Assembly: GCF_006345805.1 (NCBI RefSeq)
Contig: NC_043003.1
Span: forward strand, 114,080,001 to 114,144,000
Reading direction: 5' to 3'
Length of the DNA: 64,000 bases
DNA from: Octopus sinensis
Taxonomy: Eukaryota
The first letter of the stretch is position 1. Every line of letters starts with the position of its first letter. A model generated the notes under the pieces. That model made no database searches. It worked only from the letters and a program-made list of their open reading frames with translations, and had not been told where the DNA came from. The position numbers and the translations under genes were made by a program. This document shows, one piece after another, positions 53,564-64,000 of this stretch.

Positions 53564-53601
53564 CAGTACCGGTTTCGGTCATTTTAAGACCTTTTCAACT
53601 G
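53564..53601 (-). ncRNA. Minimal type I hammerhead, U3-A8 variant (inverted twin)
   Basis: Reverse complement reads CAG UUGAAAA GGUC UUAAAAU GACC GAAA CCGGU A CUG. Confidence 0.7.
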
Positions 53602-53856
53602 TAACGATTAAATAATTAAATTTAGAAAAATTAGAAGAAAAGTTTTTTTAAAGGAATATTGTATAGTGTTCAGATATAAGTGGCATTCTGCCTTTCTCTG
53701 ACTCCCTTGTTTGCACACTGTATCCGAGGTCGAACACACAAGTGCAAACAAGGGAGTCAGAGAAAGGCAGAATGCCACTTATATCTGAACACTATACAAA
53801 TATTCCTTTAAAAAAACTTTTCTTCTAATTTTTCTAAATTTAATTATTAATCGTTA

Positions 53857-53894
53857 CAGTTGAAAAGGTCTCAAAATGACCGAAACCGGTACTG
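53857..53894 (+). ncRNA. Minimal type I hammerhead, U3-A8 core variant
   Basis: Stem I CAG/CUG; core UUGAAAA; stem II GGUC-UCAAAAU-GACC; GAAA; palindromic stem III ACCGGU; triplet GUA. Confidence 0.7.
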
Positions 53895-53946
53895 AAATGT
53901 TCTTATAAAATTATTTTAGCATTTTCTATTTTGACTTGTTTTTTTC

Positions 53947-53982
<36 letters not shown>

Positions 53983-53983
53983 C

Positions 53984-54021
<38 letters not shown>

Positions 54022-54496
54022 TTATATATATATATATATATATACATATATATATACGTACATATATATATATATATTACATACATATATATATACATAT
54101 ATATAATATATATACATACATATATATATATATAATATAATTCGAGACAAAACCACTATTTAAAATCAAACAAGGAAAGACTTAATCAATACATAAAATT
54201 TTAATATAAATTAAATAAACAGTCAACAGAATTTTACGGGGTAAGGATCCATGCTCTCATTCGAAGGTGGAACATTGCTATTGAGAGAAACGGTGACTAT
54301 GTTGAGAGGTAGGGATGTGATCCACAGAGGACCAGCTTCATTTTGATATATGATACATGTACGTGTAATTATATTTGTCCTAAACAAAATGGCATTACTT
54401 TTTCACTCACCCTGGTAATATGGATATATAGATGCTTCATCAGCGGATTGCAGAGAGAGAGAAACAGGGAGAGAGAAAGGGCAGGGGTAGAGATAG

Positions 54497-54503
54497 ATGG
54501 ATT

Positions 54504-54588
<85 letters not shown>
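54497..54588. repeat. (GATA)n microsatellite
   Basis: Directly visible. Confidence 0.98.
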
Positions 54589-54589
<1 letters not shown>

Positions 54590-54789
54590 GGGAGTCTTAT
54601 TAGAATTTGAGAGTTTTACTGTTTTTATACAGCGAGATGCAGAAGATTGAGTTTTTTCGGAAACAGTCGAAATTTGAAGAACGCAAATATCAACACTGTT
54701 CCTGCATGATCGATAAAGAAAGTATATTGTGTATTTATATCGATATTTAGCTTGATTTGATTTTCAAGGTTTTGTTTTCATTTTATCCG

Positions 54790-54807
54790 TATGCATGTGT
54801 ATGTATG

Positions 54808-54841
<34 letters not shown>

Positions 54842-55778
54842 TGTGTGGATGTATGTATGTGTGGATGTATTTATGTATGTATGTATGTGTTTATGTATGT
54901 ATGTATGTATGTATGTGTGAGTATGTATGTGTGTGTGTATGAATGTATGCATGTGTGTATGTATGTGTGTATGTATGTATGTGTGGTTGTATGTATGTGT
55001 GTATGTATGTATGTATGTATGTATGTATGTGTGTGTGTATGTATGTATGTGTGTATGTATGTGTGGATGTATGTATGTGTGTATGTATGTATGTGTGTAT
55101 GCATGTGTATGTATGTATGTATGTATGTATGTGTGTATTTATGTATGTATGTGTGTATGTATGTGTGTATATAAATATGTATGTATGTGTGTATATAAGT
55201 ATGTATGTATGTATGTATGTATGTATGTTTGTATGTATTAATGTATGTATTTCTGTATGTGTGTGTATGTATGTGTGTATGTGTGTGTATGTGTGTATGT
55301 GTGTGTATGTACGTATGTATGTGTGTGTATGTATGTACGTGTGTATGTATGTATGTATGTATGTATGTGTATGTATGTATGTATGTATGTATGTATGTAT
55401 GTATGTATGTATGTATGTATGTGTATGTATGTATGTATGTATGTATGTATGTATGTATGTATGTATGTGTGTATGTATGTATGTATGTATGTATGTGTAT
55501 GTATGTGTGTATGTATATATGTATGCATGCATGCAGGTATGTATGTATGTATGTTTGTATGTATGTATGTATGTATGTATGTGTACGTATGTATGTATGT
55601 ATGTGTATGTATGTATGTATGTACGTATGTATGTACGTATGTATGTGTGTATGTATGTATGTATGTATGTATGTATGTATGTATGTATGTACGTATGTAT
55701 GTATGTATGTATGTGTGTATGTATATATGTATGCATGCATGCAGGTATGTATGTATGTATGTGTGGTTGTATGTATGT
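54790..55778. repeat. (TATG/TG)n complex microsatellite
   Basis: Directly visible; source of the long MYVC and HTYI pseudo-ORFs. Confidence 0.97.
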
Positions 55779-56122
55779 AATAGTTATTATTGCTGTAAAT
55801 GTGATGTGAATTTTCTTTTTACTTTCGGCGAGTTGTTTGTTGAACGCTCAGCATAAAAGCTATTGTTTGGTATTCATCTGTGCGTGTGGTGTGTATGTGT
55901 GTGTGTGTGTTTATACATGTGTATATATGCATATATATGTATATATATATGTGTGTGTGTGTGTGTAATGTTAAATATGTATATGTATGTGTATGCTTGT
56001 GCGTGGTGTGTGGGTGTTGTAATGGAAATTTATGTACATGCATTACATGAAACAGAGAGGCAGAGAGAGAGAGAGAAGAAAGAGAGAGGTACAGAGAGAG
56101 AGGGAATGAATGAGAGAGAGAG

Positions 56123-56163
<41 letters not shown>

Positions 56164-56809
56164 AAGAGAAGAGGAAGACAACTGTAATATAGGCAGACCA
56201 TATCATCGTGTGTCCAGTAAATTGCAAAACCAGAGCCGAAGTTAATGGTGCAGAAAATCTCACAAGAGTTCACAGATGCCAACCATTATCACAACAGACC
56301 AGTAAGAGTAGGTTGGTGGACGGTGGGGGATGTAGGAGGGGGGTATGTTTAAGAGGTTGGGAAGGGAAGGGGGGGATAGTGGAAGGGAAGTGGCGTTGGG
56401 GAGGAGGGCATTTGCTGTTGTTGTTGTTGCTGGTGGCGCTGGTGGCGATAATGTTGTTGCTTTGTGGGGTGGATGCAGATGCAAGGCAGTGGTGGTAGCT
56501 ACGGTGGTAGTAGCGTTGTAGGTTGACAAAAAGCCATGGTAAAAACCAGCAGCACGTGATGCAGCCATGTTGACCAAGAATGAAGCAGCGGTTGGTCAGG
56601 CAATTGGCTTAAATTTTTTTTTTGGGGTTTTGTTTCGTAGTGTTGGTCCCAGAATGGAGTTTGCTGCATGGTCAGAAGTGGATTTGGTAGCAGGATCAAT
56701 TAGAATGGGGCGGGAAGGGGGGGTAGTGTGGGGGTGGATGTCAATTCCTGCATTGATTGGACGAAATAATGTTGGAAGAGTGACGATGCGGATGTTGCTG
56801 TTATTCTTA

Positions 56810-57156
56810 CGGATGATGATGACGACAACGACGATGACGACGATGATGATGACGATGGTGATAGTGATGATGATGATGATGATAATGATGCTGTTGCAGA
56901 TGATGATGCTGATGATGATAGCGATGATGATGATCACGACAGCACTGACAATATGGAAGATGTGTGTGATGATGATGATGATGATGATGATGGTGATGAT
57001 TATGATGATGATGATGAATGTGATGATGATGACAATAATGTTGATGATGATGATGATGATGACAATGATGTTGATGATGATGATGATAATGACGATGATG
57101 ATGATGATGAGGAGGAGGAGGACGAGGCTGTTGATGATGACGATGACGATGATGAC

Positions 57157-57197
<41 letters not shown>

Positions 57198-58102
57198 CGA
57201 TAACGATGATGATGACGATGATGATGACGATCATGATGACGATCATGATGACGATCATGATGATGATGATGATGATGATGATGACGATGATGATGATAAC
57301 AGTGCTGTGAAGGATGAAGATTAACGGTGTTGCGGTGAGGTGTTTGTTGAGATAATAGAGGGGGGGGAGAGAAAGTGTTATATTTATTGTTGTTGTTGTT
57401 GTTGCTGTTGATTGTGGTAGAATTATTGATGGTGTTGACGATGATGCTGTTGGTGACGGCTTAGCTGGATTGAAGGACAATCGAGTAGACATTAAGTGAT
57501 TGACCTGCTTTACCCACCACCAACGGCGTCAAGCTGGTCAAACTATACCCCCACCCCCTGCCACTGTTCAATTTCGTCCTAAGAGTCACTGGAAATATCA
57601 ACAATATCCCCAACCACCCCACCGACCGCAGCCACCGCCACCGCCACCGCCAACAATTATAATAACCACCACCAACAGCCCTCACTACTACTACTACTAC
57701 AACGCTGATGATGTCTGTGACAATGATGATAATGATGACGACGACGGCGAAGACGACGATAATAATGATGGTAGTGCTGCTGATGATGGTGATGGTGGTG
57801 GTGGTGGTGGTGGTGGTGGTGGTGGTGGTGGTGGTGGTGGTGATGATGATGATGATGATGGTGATGATGATGGTGATGATGATGATTATGGTGATGATGA
57901 TGATGATGATGGTGTTGGTGGTAGTGGTGGTGATGATGAGGATGATGGTGGTGATGGTGGTGGTGGTGGTGGTGGTGATGATAATGATGATGACGATGGT
58001 GTTGGTGTTGTTTTTGTTGTTAGTGGTGGTGGTTGTGGTGGTGATGATGATGATGATGATGATGGTGTTGGTGGTGATGATGATGATGATGATGACGATG
58101 AT
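56810..58102. repeat. (GAT)n/(GGT)n trinucleotide tracts interleaved with unique sequence
   Basis: Directly visible. Confidence 0.9.
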
Positions 58103-58485
58103 TTCTCTTTTTCCCCACAGAGGTATCAGGTGATTGGAACATCACCAAAATTTTCCAGTTTGTTTTGAGATTTTCATAAAAAAAAACGTTGAGAAGAAAA
58201 AAACAGGAGCGAAGAAGTGAGTAGAAGAATAGATAAAAATAACTTTCCTTCATTGAGAGAATGGTTGCATACAATTTATTTCTCTATCCACGCTTGAAAG
58301 GTATAAAAGTGTGGTGGTTGTGGTGGTGGGGGTGACAAAGGATGTGTTACTTTGGGAGACCAAGTTATATTGGGGAAGAATTTGTTAAAACCAAGTTGAA
58401 AAATTTATGGGAAAACGTGTCAATAATTCTATGAAATGGAGAAGGTTAGTTAGTTAGTTAATTTTTTGGCTCAAAAGCAAAAAGC

Positions 58486-58668
58486 AAGGCCATGTAGGGG
58501 GACATGGAGTTATGTACAGGGTGGTGTTCATGTAAAGAGTTCAGGCCACTTGAGGTCAAGGGAGACTTTGAACAAAGCGGTCGTCGGCATCTTCACCATC
58601 TCGTCTGGCGGCTTGTTCCACGGATCCGCAACCCGGACGGAGAAAGCTCCTCTCTTTCGATTGAGATG
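58486..58668 (-). mobile_element. CR1-clade LINE 3' end
   Basis: Minus-strand translation FHLNRKRGAFSVRVADPWNKPPDEMVKMPTTALFKVSLDLKWPELF* resembles the CR1 ORF2 C-terminus (FFSxRVxxxWNxLP). Confidence 0.75.
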
Positions 58669-58669
58669 A

Positions 58670-59800
58670 AATGTGATTGGTAGAAAGACAGTTGTGGCAG
58701 TCTATAGAATGTTAGTGAGGATACATGTAACGATAGGTCAAGATCATGAGCACCAGTGAGGACAGTCTGTGTGGTCTCTTGTGGAAGGATTTCATATCAG
58801 GGATTACGGACAACTGAGAAAAAATTTTGTCCTTGTATTACATTTGCTATGAAGCAGAGAAGAGTCAACCGCAAAACTTTTCTGAGATACCAAAGTATGG
58901 TCCTGTATGTGGCCGACCATGCATTGAAGACTTGTCTGATTATGACAGGCTTCTGATATTATTTCTAGGATCGATCTGATAATTGTCCGAATCTATCAGG
59001 AAAATCGAACCATCGCCTTGATTTAGCAAAGAACTGGAGCAAGTACCACAAGGCTGTCCCTTCGTCCTATTCTTTAATAATTCCACTAATTCCATCATTT
59101 TGGAAAGGTAATTCATTTTCTTTTATTGCACATGGAAATATGGAAAACTTGACCTCGGAGAGTTCTCTGCTCAGAGCACTGGCAACCAGAACTAGTACCA
59201 CCACCCTAACAACTTCGCCAATTGTCTGTCTCGAGGTAAACATGATCTTTAAAACTTATATGGTACCATATACTATCCGCAAAATGGAAAAATAGATCAA
59301 CCTCTTTCAGACTCACAACAACAAAACAAGTACAATGTTTCCTAAGCGAGAAACATACACCTTCACCCAAGAAACGACCAGGGAATCCCACTAACCCAGA
59401 GTCACCCCGTTTACCAGGAGTACTATAGCAAGTGTCCCTCTCTCTCTCGTCAGTACCCTTCAGTCTGCAGGCACAGGCTCAGAGCAGGTCTGTTCACTTG
59501 GGTTATTCTGAATACATCCATTTTACAAGTACCAGCCTTCTCACTCTCACTTTCTTTTCCAGGTGGAAGTTCAAAACATCGATGAGGGCTTGGTCGAAAA
59601 GTAAAGGATGTCTTCAGCAGTTTTAGTTGCTTTCGTCCCACAAACTTTGTCATTATGACCGCCAGACAAAGGAAAACCACATGCCTTTCCTGGCCAAAAC
59701 AAAGTAGCAAGAAAATCTTAATGATGGATATAGCTGATAACCGTCTCCTTCCTACACATAATAGCAGTTTTTGACATAACTACACAGGTCAGCAAAGCTA
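58670..59800 (-). pseudogene. Heavily decayed LINE RT remnant (CR1/L2-like)
   Basis: Weak motif traces (FRPSPHRC, GIPWSFLG, IRTIIRSILE) with many stops. Confidence 0.35.
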
Positions 59801-59989
59801 AAACAGTGTACGAATGCGTGCTGGATGGTTTCGACGCTCATCGTGCATCTCGAGCAGGGACAGCTGGTCACATGACCGTATCTGTGGAGTTTCTCCATAA
59901 CCAGAAACGCCCATCACCGCCTATAGCATTGCAGAGCCAGATTCTGAATATTAACCACGAGCATTATAAGTCATTGCATAGTCAGTTCT

Positions 59990-60420
59990 CCACGTAGAAG
60001 ATGCTGACAGCAAATGAATAATATCGCCAACGGATACGTCACATCCACAGAAAAACGAAGAGATGTGCCATTCAAGTCAGCCGTGAAGGGGAGGAAAGCA
60101 TGACGGTAACAGGTGTTAACAGGTAACAAACGCGATGAAGGTATTTGCCAGCTCTACCAGACCCTTCAGGGAAAGTTTCCTCTCAGCCCATTTCTACGCG
60201 AGACTGGCTACCTTGTGCATCACCTCTTCCCAGTTCTTGTCCATCCTGGACTTCTTGACCAAACCAAACCAAACAATTCAACCGGTTCGTCCTCCCAGAA
60301 GCCAACGGCAGTTAAACGGCCTTAACATCCATCCCCAGATGCCGAGCTGTAGGTCCCCCGACTTCCCCGGGTTAATTGTTGCCCCAGTCACCGCCTCCTA
60401 TTCCCATCGATTAGAGTTGA
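59990..60420 (-). mobile_element. L1/Tx1-like RT C-terminal fragment
   Basis: PVEL..MDKNWEEVMHKVASLA*KWAERKLSLKG...ANTFIA resembles the L1/Tx1 post-RT W..R.LSLKGR region. Confidence 0.7.
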
Positions 60421-60489
60421 GTATCTTCCTGGTATAAAGATGTTAAACTTTATTCTTTGAATCAAAAACATACCGGTGAGTGTGTGTGT

Positions 60490-60536
<47 letters not shown>

Positions 60537-62326
60537 ATTGTGTGGGCTTGTGTTGGTATGTTTGTTCAGTGTATATTAGATGGGAACATCATTGGCAAAA
60601 CTCTGCTCCCCAAACGAATTCAATGGCGGTACTCGTTCTGCACCGATGCGCAGATACTCCCTTGTTATTCTGAGCTTACAAATGCAGCAAACCAAGGATT
60701 TGTCTTTTAGACACTTCCGCCGAACAATGCATCACTGTCTGTGATGCATCGATATTAAGCACACGAGTCTCAATCCCAACTTATTCAAACTACATCATCA
60801 TCATCATCATCATCATCATGAGCAACAGCAGCAGTAGCAGTCTCGTTATCAATATCATCATCATCATCATCATCTTTATCACCATCATGCCACACACCAT
60901 CATTAGCTACTTTTATGTTCACCACCACAACCACCACCACCACCACCACCACCACCAAAAAGTTCCATGAATGAAAATATGTCACATAATTTCCGCCATG
61001 ACCACCACTACCAAGAGCACCATGACACTACGACCTCCAATAACAAGTAAAAAACCGTCACCACCACCACCACCACCACTGCCACCACCACCACCACCAC
61101 CACCACTAATATAGCACTGTACTAATTCTACCGATTCTTCCTCTCCCCTCCTTCACCACACACACCTGACCACCATCACCACCGCTTCAACACCACACTG
61201 GCCACCTTCATTTGTTAAGGCAACAGCCATGGAGACCCGTGGTGGACACCCATTTAAATGTCCGTCATCTGTTTGGCCTGGTCAACTTGTGAAGCTCGCC
61301 GCACCATTGAACACGGCTTATGCAATGCTTTAATATGCATGAGGGCAGCACGTGTCCGCATCTAAACAACACACACACACACACACACATTCATATGCGT
61401 GCTTGTACGACGGTTTACGTATCTGTATCTCTTTATATGTATATGTATGTGTGTGTGAGAGAGATAGAAAGAGAGAGAGAGAGAGAGTGAGGGAGAACAT
61501 GTGTGTGTCCGTACATACATGCCTGTTTGTATGTGTGTGTGAGTGACGCACGCATGCATTTTTTGTCTGCATGTTTGTATATATGTTGCACTCTATTCGT
61601 GTGCACACGTTTGCGTGCAGCCTGCACAGCATGTCCGCATCACACCCCTATCTCTCTCTCTCTCTCTCTCTCTTACACGCACCCACACAGACACACACGC
61701 ATACACACACACACACACGCATGTTTCTATTTCCTTGACCACACAGCTGAACATACACCCTTTTATCTCATGCTCTATCAAGAACAAATTAGTCCATGGT
61801 AACAGCCTGTAACAGAGATTATTGGCAATAGCGCACTGACCGCTCCACTTGCCCTGGCTGGGCTGGGCGGCACTGCTTCGCATTGGTTGGCTGCTTTCAC
61901 AGTCGCGTTACGCGATGATCAGCGGCAGCGCGTCTTACGTATTTTTTCTTGCTTTTATTGAGTTGGAAGCTGGGTTGCTTGACGTAGATTTGCTATGCCT
62001 GTGTGTGGTGGATCTATTAAATATGCTCGTCGGTCGTATATATTCGTTCGCAACGAGCAGTGTGTAGGAGGAGGGTGTAATTTATGGCGGTATATGAATC
62101 ATATCGGTAAGCAATAACAAGATGGCCGACAGTGGAATATATTGAGCAGATCGAGTTATGTTTGTCGTATAATTTGATAGGGATAGATTAGTTGACTGTG
62201 TAAGTAGTGGAATATAAATTATGTTAGAATTGGAAGTGGAGTGTGGGGGTAGGGGACTGAATGGACAATGCATGCTTACATATTTGCATACACACATACA
62301 CATAAATGTATATAGAGAAAGACAGA

Positions 62327-62363
<37 letters not shown>

Positions 62364-62697
62364 GTATATATATATACATATATATATATACAAATTATAT
62401 AAGTTTTTATTATAATTTTTTTGCAATTTACTTAATCATTGACATGTTATTGTTATTTTAATGTTAATATTTCTATTATATGTAATTTTCTGGATGGCGT
62501 AATTTAATTGTTCATTTTAAATTGATAAAAGGTAGGTTTTTTTCTAATTATTTATATATATATTATATTGTGTGAAATTTGATTTAGTATTTCTAAATTG
62601 AAGATTTTTCCTTGTAAGTTTTGGATTTTACTCCCTCAAAAAATAATTACTTTTTATATACATACATACATATATATATATAATATATAATATATAT

Positions 62698-62729
<32 letters not shown>

Positions 62730-62789
62730 ATTATATATATATATAATATATATATATATTATCTTATCGATATATATATATATACATAT

Positions 62790-62970
62790 ATCAATCAATA
62801 AATGGTGGGGTTGTGTTGACCGCACGTGGAGAAATGATAGGAAAAAAATTATGAAAAGGCAGACTGCTACATTGAAGGTAAATTTTAATAAAAATGGGTG
62901 TATGGAAAATTACAAAAATAATAACTCTAACCGGTTTTCATAGCAAAGCAAATTTTCAAGATTTGAAAGG
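62790..62970 (-). mobile_element. Probable Penelope pLTR fragment with a degenerate U3-A8 hammerhead motif
   Basis: Reverse complement of 62923-62964 reads AAAUC UUGAAAA UUUGCUUUGCUAU GAAA ACCGGUU A GAGUU; abuts (TA)n. Confidence 0.45.
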
Positions 62971-63279
62971 TGAAAAGAATTTTTTTTTAATTCAGGAAGG
63001 GGAAAAAAGAAATTTACGATGCTTTTTCAAAAAGATAATAATAAACATATACAAAAATTAAAAAATAAGTATAGCGATACATTGTAGAGTCCTTATGTTT
63101 TTTAAGTTCAATAATAGACCTTGGAAAAATTTCTTTGGAGGATTAATATCCATGTGATTAAACGTGGTGCTTAGTTTAAGGTGTTTGTTAAATGAATAAG
63201 CTTTCCGCTCCTATATATATATATGTATATATATATATATACACACGCACACACACACACACGTATATATATATATAGG

Positions 63280-63440
63280 GAGAGTATACGAAAAAAAAAC
63301 AAAAGACGAAGACAGGTGGTGTACAAAACAAACAGATGTATTAGTATAACGTTCAGAAATAGAAAAAGTATTTTACGTTTCGAGCCTACGCTCTTCTACA
63401 GAAAGGGACACAGAAAAACAAGGAGAGAAAAAATGTGGTA
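63280..63440 (-). mobile_element. Probable Penelope pLTR fragment with a hammerhead-like motif
   Basis: Reverse complement of 63372-63404 reads UUU CUGUAGA A GAGC GUAG GCUC GAAAC GUA AAA; abuts (TA)n. Confidence 0.5.
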
Positions 63441-63502
63441 GTGTCTCACGATATATCAGGAATCTTCTATCATCTATCTACATCTATCTATCTATCATCT
63501 AT

Positions 63503-63547
<45 letters not shown>

Positions 63548-63648
63548 ATATATATATATATATATATATAGATTATATATATATATTTGTATGTATATGT
63601 ATATATAGATATATATATATATACGCATACATACATATACATACACAC

Positions 63649-63709
<61 letters not shown>

Positions 63710-64000
63710 ATCCAAACAAAGAGAATCACAACAACGCGAGGACGTGGAACAAGTATAGTGTTATTGGACGCCCAGGAAAGGAAAGATAGAAGGGTGATTG
63801 CGCCCAGTAAAGGAAAGAATATATATATATACATAGTGAATAAAGTGTCGGGTATATAATTTAGCTTGTATAAGACATTTGATGATGTCTTCTAAATTCT
63901 GAGTAGAAAACTGCGAAAATGGTTTCATTCGAAATCCACTTCAATGGCTTGGCTCTTCTTTGTTCAACAAGCTTGGGTCTCAAACCATATACCTTAATTT

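Larger units (their letters stand above)
53504..53953. repeat. 450-bp palindrome (25-nt spacer at 53717-53741), probable Penelope pLTR fold-back
   Basis: Arms of about 212 bp are reverse complements; embedded in (TA)n. Confidence 0.92.

Overview
AT-rich, repeat-saturated animal genomic DNA. The SINE, RTE, Dong/R4 and Penelope families and the dense microsatellites are typical of octopus (coleoid cephalopod) DNA; this is inferred from repeat recognition, not from a search. I find no confidently identifiable host gene, and most of the long ORFs in the track are microsatellite read-throughs. Supportable elements: a truncated mariner transposase; stacked Dong/R4 LINE 3' ends in (AAT)n; a near full-length decayed RTE LINE with a 16-bp target-site duplication; a Neptune-like Penelope element (RT + GIY-YIG) with inverted terminal repeats; Tx1/L1 and CR1 remnants; a MITE with an 8-bp TSD; and many tRNA-derived SINEs. 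The most striking pattern is four fold-back (inverted-repeat) structures, each next to (TA)n tracts and each carrying a divergently oriented pair of type I hammerhead ribozyme motifs of a different sequence family. One of these has a compensatory U3-A8 core. Several solitary minimal hammerhead-like motifs occur as well. Long-read fold-back or haplotype artefacts cannot be excluded from the sequence alone. Coordinates were read by eye and may be off by a few bases.
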